From Gemmatimonadota bacterium (GTDB lineage Bacteria; Gemmatimonadota; Gemmatimonadetes; Palauibacterales; Palauibacteraceae), in assembly GCA_039589195.1 (NCBI GenBank), contig JBDHHV010000001.1, positions 59,634 through 123,633 of the forward strand: 64,000 nucleotides of DNA. Direction: 5' to 3'. The translations under genes were made by a program, and so were the position numbers. Shown here one piece after another: positions 56,483 to 64,000 of this stretch (its first letter is position 1; every line of letters begins with the position of its first letter). The notes beneath the pieces were generated by a model. The model did no database searches, was not told the DNA's origin, and saw only the letters and a program-made list of their open reading frames with translations.

Positions 56483-59400
56483 GTGACGCAAGATCGCGAC
56501 AGCCGGGTGCGGGCGCTGCGGGGCGCGTTCGAGAACCGGATCCTGGTGCTCGATGGCGCGATGGGGACCATGATTCAGCGCCTTCGACTCGAAGAGGATG
56601 ATTACCGGGGCGATCGATTCGGGGATCACCCGACACCGCTGCAGGGCAACCACGACCTCCTGTCTCTCACCCGCCCGGGTGCGATTGCGGATATCCACCG
56701 TGGGTATCTGGATGCGGGTGCCGACATCATCGAGACGAACACGTTCAACGCGCAGGCGATCTCGCAGGCCGACTACGGTACCGAATCGGCGGTCGCCGAC
56801 ATGAACCGGGAGGCGGCCAGGATCGCCCGGGCCGCGGCTGACGAGTTTACGGCCCTCGACCCGGCGCGGCCGCGCTTCGTCGCGGGCAGTCTGGGCCCGA
56901 CGAACAGAACGGCGTCGCTCTCACCCGATGTCGAGAATCCGGGCTTCAGGGCAGTGACCTTCGACGAGCTGGCCGCCGCCTATCGGGAGCAGGGAGAGGC
57001 GCTCATCGAAGGCGGGGTCGACCTGCTCCTCGTGGAGACCGTGTTCGACACGCTGAATTGCAAGGCGGCGTTGTTCGGGCTTCTCGAGCTGGTCGAGACC
57101 CTCGAAGTCGACGTGCCGCTGTGCGTATCGGGGACGATCACGGATCGAAGCGGCCGTACCCTGTCCGGCCAGACTACTGAAGCGTTCTGGTATTCGATTC
57201 GGCACGGGAACCTGTTTAGCGTGGGCCTGAACTGCGCGCTCGGGGCCAGCGACCTGCGCCCGTACGTGGAGGAGTTGTCTCACCTGGCGGATACCCTCGT
57301 GAGTTGCCACCCCAACGCGGGCCTGCCCAACGAGTTCGGGGAGTATGACGAGAGCCCCGAAGCGATGGCCGAGGTATTGGGCAGCTTCGCGGATGACGGA
57401 CTCGTCAACCTCGTCGGCGGTTGCTGCGGGACCACGCTGGAGCACACGCGAGCCCTGGTCGACCGAGTACATGGCCTCGCTCCGCGAGTCACTGCCCGAG
57501 CTTCGATGCTACCCTCTCTGAGTGGGCTCGAGCCGCTCGTGATCCGGCCGGACACCCTGTTCGTCAACATCGGGGAGCGGACGAACGTGACGGGCTCGGC
57601 GCGCTTCGCCCGGCTCATCCAGGAAGACCGCTTCGAGGACGCGATCGACGTCGCGCGAGACCAGGTAGTGAATGGCGCGCAAATGATTGACGTCAACATG
57701 GACGAGGGTCTCCTCGACTCGGTCGCCGCGATGGAGCGCTTCCTGAACCTGATCGGGGCCGAGCCGGACATCGCCCGGGTTCCGGTGGTGGTCGACTCGT
57801 CTCGCTGGGAGGTGATCGAGGCGGGTCTCAAATGCTTGCAGGGGAAAGGGGTCGTGAACTCGATCAGCCTGAAGGAGGGCGAGGAGTCGTTCCTGGAGCA
57901 GGCGCGGCTGATTCGGCGGTACGGAGCTGCCGTGATCGTGATGGCGTTCGACGAAGACGGGCAAGCCGACACCGAGGATCGGAAGGTGGAGATCTGCCAG
58001 CGTGCTTTCGCGCTGCTTACCGAGAAGGTCGGCTTCCCACCCGAAGACATCATCTTCGATCCGAATATCTTCGCCGTAGCGACGGGTATCGAGGTGCACA
58101 ACGAGTACGGCCATGCCTTTCTGGAGGCCACCCGCCGCATCAAGGAGACACTCCCCGGGGCCTCGGTGAGTGGTGGCGTGAGCAACTTCTCGTTCGCGTT
58201 CCGCGGCAACGACGCGGTGCGTGAAGCCATGCACTCCGTATTCCTGTATCACGCGATCCGTGCCGGGCTCGATATGGGCATCGTGAATGCGGGTCGCCTT
58301 CCGGTCTACGACGATATCCCTGCCGAGCTTCTCGAGGCCACCGAGGACGTCTTGTTCAACCGTCGTACCGATGCCACCGAGCGCTTGACCGAAATCGCGG
58401 GTCGCGTGAGTGGGCGGACGGAGCGCTACGGACCCGATCTCGCCTGGCGGGAGCTAAGCGTTGACGAACGCCTCTCGCACGCACTGGTCGAAGGGATCGT
58501 CGACTTCATTGAAGAAGACACCGAGGAGGCGCGGCAGAATTGCGAACGCCCCCTGCACGTGATCGAAGGTCCGCTCATGGGAGGCATGCAGCGCGTCGGA
58601 GACCTCTTCGGAAGCGGGAAGATGTTTCTCCCCCAGGTGGTCAAGAGCGCGCGGGTCATGAAGAAGGCCGTGGAGTATCTCGTCCCGTTCCTCGAGGCGG
58701 AGCGCGACGGCGAGGGGATCGCCCTCCGTCGAGCCAAGGGCAAGATCCTGCTCGCCACCGTGAAGGGGGACGTGCACGATATCGGGAAGAACATCGTGGG
58801 GGTCGTGCTCGGGTGTAACAACTACGAAGTGATCGATCTCGGTGTGATGGTTCCCGCGGATCGAATCCTGTCGACTGCGCGCGAAGAGGGGGCCGACATC
58901 ATCGGACTGAGCGGCCTCATCACGCCCTCTCTGGATGAGATGGTGCATGTGGCGGCCGAGATGGAGCGTCTGGGGTTCGAGACCCCGCTCCTGATCGGTG
59001 GGGCCACTACCTCGCAGAAGCACACCGCCGTGCGGATCGACGAACGATACACGGGACCGACGGTGCACGTTCTGGATGCTTCCCGGTGCGTGGGGGTCGT
59101 ATCCAGCCTGCTCAGTCCCGAACGTCGCGACCCGTACGCACGCGACGTCGCCGAGGCGTATGCGCAGGTTCGCGTCGAATACGTCGAGCGCGAAGGGAAG
59201 CGACGCTTCGTCTCGCTCGATGAGGCGCGAGCCAATCCCTGGACGTGCGACTGGGAGACGTACACGTGTCCACGACCACGTGAAAGTGGGATCACGGTCT
59301 TCGAAGACTACCCGATAACGGAGTTGATCGGGTTCATCGACTGGACTCCCTTCTTCTCGGCCTGGGAGTTGCGCGGCCGCTATCCGGCCATCCTGGACGA

Positions 59401-60211
59401 TGCCGTCGTCGGAGACTCCGCCCGCAGGTTGTTCGAGGACGCCCGGGACTTGCTGGAGCGCATCACGAGAGAGCGTCTCCTCACCGCGCGTGCGGTGGTG
59501 GGCTTCTTCGCTGCGGCCTCGCGTGGCGACGACGTGGTCCTGTACGAGGATTCCGATCGGAGCCGGACTCTGGCGGTCGTACACCACCTGCGGCAGCAGA
59601 TGGAACGCCGGCAAGGGCGTCCCAACGTATGTCTGGCGGACTTCGTGGCGCCCATCGACAGCGATGTGGAGGACTGGATCGGAGCGTTCGCCGTGACAGC
59701 CGGCATGGGGTTGGAGGAGCTGTGTGCCGCGTTCGAGGCGGATCACGACGACTACCGGAGTATTCTCGCAAAGGCACTGGCTGATCGGCTCGCCGAGGCG
59801 CTCGCAGAGCGACTACACCAGCGGGTGCGGACCGAGCTGTGGGGATACGCGCCGGGTGAATCGCTCGGCAACGATGAGTTGATCGCCGAAGCGTACGAGG
59901 GAATACGACCGGCTCCGGGTTATCCCGCGTGTCCGGATCACACGCAGAAGCGTGTGCTGTTCGACTTGCTCGGTGTGCGACGCCGAATCGGGGTCGAGCT
60001 GACCGAGCAGTTGGCGATGTGGCCGGCTTCCTCGGTGAGCGGTTGGTACTTCTCGCACCCGGACTCGTTCTACTTCGGGGTCGGCAGGATCGATCGGGAC
60101 CAGATCGTGGACTACGCGTCACGCGCCGGCATCTCGCTTTCCGAGGCCGAGAAATGGCTGTCTTCGAATCTAGCCTATACGCCCGCACCCGAGCCCGTGG
60201 CCGGGTCATGA
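56483..60211 (+). CDS. metH: Cobalamin-dependent methionine synthase
   Basis: [41 protein letters not shown]12 motif, [12 protein letters not shown]. Confidence 0.98.
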   Translation: MTQDRDSRVRALRGAFENRILVLDGAMGTMIQRLRLEEDDYRGDRFGDHPTPLQGNHDLLSLTRPGAIADIHRGYLDAGADIIETNTFNAQAISQADYGTESAVADMNREAARIARAAADEFTALDPARPRFVAGSLGPTNRTASLSPDVENPGFRAVTFDELAAAYREQGEALIEGGVDLLLVETVFDTLNCKAALFGLLELVETLEVDVPLCVSGTITDRSGRTLSGQTTEAFWYSIRHGNLFSVGLNCALGASDLRPYVEELSHLADTLVSCHPNAGLPNEFGEYDESPEAMAEVLGSFADDGLVNLVGGCCGTTLEHTRALVDRVHGLAPRVTARASMLPSLSGLEPLVIRPDTLFVNIGERTNVTGSARFARLIQEDRFEDAIDVARDQVVNGAQMIDVNMDEGLLDSVAAMERFLNLIGAEPDIARVPVVVDSSRWEVIEAGLKCLQGKGVVNSISLKEGEESFLEQARLIRRYGAAVIVMAFDEDGQADTEDRKVEICQRAFALLTEKVGFPPEDIIFDPNIFAVATGIEVHNEYGHAFLEATRRIKETLPGASVSGGVSNFSFAFRGNDAVREAMHSVFLYHAIRAGLDMGIVNAGRLPVYDDIPAELLEATEDVLFNRRTDATERLTEIAGRVSGRTERYGPDLAWRELSVDERLSHALVEGIVDFIEEDTEEARQNCERPLHVIEGPLMGGMQRVGDLFGSGKMFLPQVVKSARVMKKAVEYLVPFLEAERDGEGIALRRAKGKILLATVKGDVHDIGKNIVGVVLGCNNYEVIDLGVMVPADRILSTAREEGADIIGLSGLITPSLDEMVHVAAEMERLGFETPLLIGGATTSQKHTAVRIDERYTGPTVHVLDASRCVGVVSSLLSPERRDPYARDVAEAYAQVRVEYVEREGKRRFVSLDEARANPWTCDWETYTCPRPRESGITVFEDYPITELIGFIDWTPFFSAWELRGRYPAILDDAVVGDSARRLFEDARDLLERITRERLLTARAVVGFFAAASRGDDVVLYEDSDRSRTLAVVHHLRQQMERRQGRPNVCLADFVAPIDSDVEDWIGAFAVTAGMGLEELCAAFEADHDDYRSILAKALADRLAEALAERLHQRVRTELWGYAPGESLGNDELIAEAYEGIRPAPGYPACPDHTQKRVLFDLLGVRRRIGVELTEQLAMWPASSVSGWYFSHPDSFYFGVGRIDRDQIVDYASRAGISLSEAEKWLSSNLAYTPAPEPVAGS

Positions 60212-62049
60212 GCGAGCGGCTGCGCGAGCTGATCGGGGATGGATGCGTGCACCTCATGGATGGTGCCATGGGGACCGTGCTTTACACTCGCGGCGTGTTC
60301 GTGAATGTCTGTTACGATGAGTTGAACCTTACCCAGCCTGACGTGGTCCTCGGCATACACTCCGACTACGTGCGGGCCGGTGCAGAGCTCATCGAGACGA
60401 ACACGTTTGGCGCGAATCCCGTGAAGCTGTCCGCCTTCGACCTGGACGGTCGGACCGAAGAGGTGAACGAGGCCGCCGCCCGACTCGCCCGGCGTGCGGC
60501 CGGTGAGCGGGCTTGTGTGCTGGGCGCGATCGGTCCGCTGGGGATCCGGATCGAGCCGTGGGGTCCGACCTCTATCGACGAGGCGGTCACGTTCTTCAGC
60601 CGGCAGGCGACGGGTCTCGCGGAGGGTGGAGTAGACGGCTTCGTGCTCGAGACGTTCAGCGACATTGAAGAGCTGCACGCCGCGTTGCTGGGTGCGCGTG
60701 CGGTCGCGGACCTGCCCGTCTTCGCCCAGATGTCCTTCGGCGAGGCCGGGGAGACGGCCTATGGGGCGACCGTCGAGGCCGTCGCGGAAGCGGCGGAAGA
60801 ATGGGACGTGGAGGTGTTCGGTCTCAATTGTTCGGTGGGACCGTCGGCGGCGCTCGAGACCGTGGAGCGGATGATGGGGGTCACCTCCCTCCCCATCTCG
60901 GCACAGCCCAACGCCGGGCTCCCCCGAGATGTCGGTGACCGGAAGATCTACCTCGCGAGTCCCGAGTACATGGCGCGATACGCCCGCCGGATCGCGGAGG
61001 CGGGAGCGAGGTTCGTCGGTGGGTGCTGCGGGACGACCCCTGAGCATACCCGCCACATGGTCGAGTTGCTGGGTGCCGCGCAGAGTCGGACGCCGCGGGT
61101 TCGAGTCGACCCGGCCCACGACCCGATGGACCCGAATCGGATCGAGCCTCTCTCGCTCGACGACCGCTCCGCGTTGGGGCGCAAGCTGGCCACCGGAGAG
61201 TTCGTGCGTACGGTCGAGCTGACCCCGACTCGGGGCTGGGAGCCGCGCGAGCTCATCGCGCGGACCCGGCATCTTCGAGACGCCGGGGTCGACGCGGTGA
61301 ACATTGTCGACCCATCAGCCGCCAGCAGTCGCATCGGCTCGTTACCGGCCGCGATCATCGTCGAGCGCGAGGTCGGGGTCGAGACCGTTGTCCACTACAC
61401 GTGCCGCGACCGAAACATGCTGGGTATGGTGACCGACCTCTTGGGCGCTGCGGCCGCGGGGGTCAGGAATCTCCTCCTGGTGACCGGTGATCCGCCCCGG
61501 AGCGGGCCGTACAGCACGACGGGCGTCTACGACATCGACAGCATCGGACTCACCAACGTGGTGCACCAGCTGAACCGTGGGCGGGATCCGGGTGGCTCCG
61601 CCATCGGTGCCCCCACATCGTTCGTTATCGGGGTGGCTTGGAACCAGACTTCGATGGACCGTGAAGACGAGTTGCGCCGCTTCGCGTGGAAGGTTCAGGC
61701 GGGCGCGGACTTCGCGATCACCCAACCTGTGTTTGATCCCGACCATTTCTTGGAGGCGCTCGCACCGGTCAGGGAGTACGGAATCCCCGTGTTGGCGGGC
61801 ATCTGGCCCCTGCTTTCTCTACGAAACGCGGAGTTCCTCGCGAACGAGGTGCCGGGGCTGGAGGTGCCACAGTCGGTCGTCGATCGCATGCGCGACGCGG
61901 AGGACGGCGGGCGGGAAGCGGCTGAGCGGGAGGGCGTCAAGCTGGCGCGCGAGGTACTCTTGTCGATCGGCGACTCGGTTCAGGGGGTCATGATCAGCGC
62001 GCCCCGGAATCGCGTCGAGCGCGCCCTGGCGGTCCTCGAAGGCGACTAG
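60208..62049 (+). CDS. yitJ: Bifunctional homocysteine S-methyltransferase / 5,10-methylene-THF reductase
   Basis: ATGA overlap with metH; DGAMGT, GLNCSVG, GGCCGTT; MTHFR domain [21 protein letters not shown]. Confidence 0.9.
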   Translation: MSERLRELIGDGCVHLMDGAMGTVLYTRGVFVNVCYDELNLTQPDVVLGIHSDYVRAGAELIETNTFGANPVKLSAFDLDGRTEEVNEAAARLARRAAGERACVLGAIGPLGIRIEPWGPTSIDEAVTFFSRQATGLAEGGVDGFVLETFSDIEELHAALLGARAVADLPVFAQMSFGEAGETAYGATVEAVAEAAEEWDVEVFGLNCSVGPSAALETVERMMGVTSLPISAQPNAGLPRDVGDRKIYLASPEYMARYARRIAEAGARFVGGCCGTTPEHTRHMVELLGAAQSRTPRVRVDPAHDPMDPNRIEPLSLDDRSALGRKLATGEFVRTVELTPTRGWEPRELIARTRHLRDAGVDAVNIVDPSAASSRIGSLPAAIIVEREVGVETVVHYTCRDRNMLGMVTDLLGAAAAGVRNLLLVTGDPPRSGPYSTTGVYDIDSIGLTNVVHQLNRGRDPGGSAIGAPTSFVIGVAWNQTSMDREDELRRFAWKVQAGADFAITQPVFDPDHFLEALAPVREYGIPVLAGIWPLLSLRNAEFLANEVPGLEVPQSVVDRMRDAEDGGREAAEREGVKLAREVLLSIGDSVQGVMISAPRNRVERALAVLEGD

Positions 62050-62847
62050 TAAGGGGTGATTTGTCGTATATTGGGTGCATGGAAATCACACAGGCTCAAT
62101 ACGAGCGGATCGAGTCATGTCTTCCACGGCAGCGTGGGAACGTGAGCATCTCTAACCTACAAGTGCTGAACGCAATCCTGTACGTGGCGGAGCACGGCTG
62201 CAAGTGGCGGGGTCTTCCGAAGCGGTTCGGTAACTGGCACACGATCTATACGCGGATGAATCGCTGGGCGAAGGCCGGGGTCCTGGACCGTGTGTTTCGA
62301 GCGCTTCAAGAGCAGCAGATCATCCGGGTCAAGGTCGAAGCGTTGAAGCTGGACAGCACGATCGTGAAGGTTCACCCGGACGGTACGGGGGCCCTGAAAA
62401 AGGGGGCCCCCAGTCCATCGGGAAGTCCCGAGGCGGCTGGACCACCAAGATTCATATGGTTGCCGCAGATGCTCGAACGGTGATCGCCTTCTCCCTGTCT
62501 CCGGGCCAAGACCATGACGCGCCGGCAGGCCGCGAGCTGCTGCGGACGCTGGCGCCGCCAGATCCCGGCGTGGGACTCGTCATGGACCGCGCGTACGAAG
62601 GGAATCAAACCCGGCAACTGGCCCTGGATCTGGGCTTCACCCCCGTCGTGCCGCCCTTGAAGACCCGCGTGAGTCCGTGGGAGTACGACCAAGCGTTATA
62701 CCGTCAACGCAACGAGATCGAACGTCTATTCCGGCGCCTCAAGGGCTTCCGCCGGATCTTCTCGCGCTTCGATAAGCTCGACGTCATGTTCACGGCCTTC
62801 ATCCACTTCGCCTTCATCGTGGACATGCTACTTAGTGTTAACAGGCC
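62050..62847 (+). mobile_element. IS5 family (IS427 group) insertion sequence; left inverted repeat not found
   Basis: Split transposase; right end TTAGTGTTAACAGGCC followed by CTAG; CTAG also at 62046-62049; lower GC than flanks. Confidence 0.85.
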
Positions 62848-62851
62848 CTAG
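62079..62851 (+). CDS. IS5/IS427 transposase, OrfA (62079-62483) + OrfB joined by a -1 frameshift near 62396-62406
   Basis: GCKWRGLPKRFGNWHTIYTRMNRW, LDSTIVKVH; GAAAAAGGGGG slippery site; -1 frame continues GKSRGGWTTKIH, DRAY, RNEIERLFRRLKGFRRI. Confidence 0.88.
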
Positions 62852-62863
62852 AACAGGCCCTAG
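62840..62863. repeat. Direct tandem duplication AACAGGCCCTAG x2 at the IS right end
   Basis: 62840-62851 and 62852-62863 are identical. Confidence 0.8.
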
Positions 62864-63429
62864 TCAGTGGGCCAGACTGTCGGATCCCGCTCCATGAAGT
62901 CCTCCGGCTCCACCCCGAGGGCATCCGCCATTCTCGCGTAGTAGTTGAAGAAGCCGATCACCTCGGTGGCCGTGAGGATTTCCTCATCGGTCCAACCGTG
63001 ACCGCGCAAGTCGTCGATCGTGCGCCGCGTGACGGTGCCCGGCTCGCGCGTCACCTGCACCGCGAAATCCATCAGCGCGCGCGTCTTGGGGTCGAGTGCC
63101 GCGTTTCGGTAATCACGCCTGACCTGGGTGGCGAGCTCGTCATCGCCGGTCACGACACGGAGATCCTCCCCGTGAGCTTCCGTTCAGTAGAAGCAGCCCA
63201 GCTCGCGTGAGGTGACTGTGGCGAGCATTTCCCGTATCGACCGCGACAGGGATCCGGGACCCAGCATCAGCGTTTTGTACAGGCGAATCGAGGCGTCGAG
63301 CACCGGTGCGTTGAGGCTCTGAATGCCTACGATGTTGAACACTCGTCCGGCGCGGGCTATGGCCTGGTCGTACTGGCGCTTGAGGGTGCCGGTCGCTTCT
63401 TCGGGAGAGACTGTTCGGATGTAGGGCAT
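62860..63429 (-). CDS. AhpD-like / CMD peroxidase-related protein, probable selenoprotein (Sec at codon 82)
   Basis: ORFs 63184-63429 and 62860-63153 are in frame across one TGA, giving REMLATVTSRELG-C-F-Y-U-TEAHGEDLR (CxxU...H); SECIS-like hairpin downstream. Confidence 0.82.
63156..63174 (-). promoter_or_regulatory. Candidate bacterial SECIS hairpin
   Basis: CACGGGGA-GGA-TCTCCGTG 8-bp stem starting 9 nt after the TGA, G-first apical loop. Confidence 0.55.
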
Positions 63430-63566
63430 ATCGCTCGTACCTCCAGGACAGGCTGCAAACCCGGGTTACTCACGCTCCCGCGCAGGACCCGGCCGCTTGC
63501 GGAAAGAGTAGACCTGCTTGACCATGGTCGCACCTGGCGGCTTTAGAAGGGTTCGAGAGAGGACGA

Positions 63567-64000
63567 ATGGGGCGTCAATCCGGAGCCGAGCGAACGGGTG
63601 GCACGGTCGGCCGTGCTGCGTATTACCGTGGCGCGATCGTGATCGTCGTCGCGGCCGTAGGCGTCCTCGGTTTCTTCGCGCTCCAGACCGACATCTCCGG
63701 CCAATTCCATGACGACAGCCTGTATCTGACCGTCGCCAAGTCGCTAGCGGAGGGCGACGGGTATCGGATCGCGAGCGTGCCGACGACCCCGGCGCAGACC
63801 AAGTACCCACCCCTCTACCCGTATCTGCTTTCCGGTGTGTGGCGCGCGTCGCCCTCGTTTCCCGACAACCTCCTGTGGCTCAAGCTGACGAGCGTCGCTT
63901 TCCTGATGGGGATCACCGCGCTGGGTGGAGCGTTCTATGCGCGGTACACCGGGCGAATGGATCCGGGCGGAGTGGCTTTCTCGCTCCTCCTGGGTGGGAA
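63567..64000 (+). CDS. GT-C fold membrane glycosyltransferase-like protein, N-terminal part (truncated by window end; not in ORF track)
   Basis: GAGGA RBS + ATG 63567; TM then FHDDSLYLTVAKSLAEGDGY...TKYPPLYPYLLS. Confidence 0.78.
   Translation, partial: MGRQSGAERTGGTVGRAAYYRGAIVIVVAAVGVLGFFALQTDISGQFHDDSLYLTVAKSLAEGDGYRIASVPTTPAQTKYPPLYPYLLSGVWRASPSFPDNLLWLKLTSVAFLMGITALGGAFYARYTGRMDPGGVAFSLLLGG

Noticed and set aside
62396-62456. IS transposase as a frameshifted pseudogene
   Set aside because: A two-ORF, -1 frame arrangement with an A-rich slippery site is normal for the IS427 group.
63184-63186. Treating the AhpD-like gene as a nonsense pseudogene or as two small genes
   Set aside because: The TGA sits exactly at a catalytic Cys position with a SECIS-like hairpin after it, so Sec is the more parsimonious reading, though unproven.
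1-64000. CRISPR array, tRNA or rRNA genes
   Set aside because: No regularly spaced direct repeats with unique spacers and no tRNA/rRNA-like sequence were seen; intergenic regions are short.

Overview
GC-rich bacterial chromosomal window. Gene style and content suggest a Gemmatimonadota-like organism (inference only). It is densely coding, with about 50 genes, mostly housekeeping and envelope or peptide metabolism. No rRNA, tRNA or CRISPR array was seen. Highlights: (1) a ~15 kb glycogen locus (glgA, glgB, glgP) enclosing four ATP-grasp ligases, an S51/GATase-like serine hydrolase and two alpha/beta esterases, one with a CBM48-like N-terminus; this is the best candidate for an uncharacterised system, possibly glycogen acylation or a peptide polymer; (2) an AhpD-like gene with an in-frame TGA in a CxxU motif and a SECIS-like hairpin, a probable selenoprotein that the ORF track splits in two; (3) a SAM-II riboswitch plus hairpin ahead of metH-yitJ; (4) a 320-bp structured MITE with CTAG target duplication, a solo copy of its end at 9547-9579, and an IS5/IS427-type element lacking its left end, all at CTAG sites overlapping TAG stop codons; (5) an NSAR/OSBS + GNAT pair followed by an S9 peptidase, an amidohydrolase and an SDR pseudogene; (6) a VapBC pair with a degenerate PIN active site and a PadR gene with tandem palindromic operators. 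All calls come from motif recognition by eye; no database searches were run.
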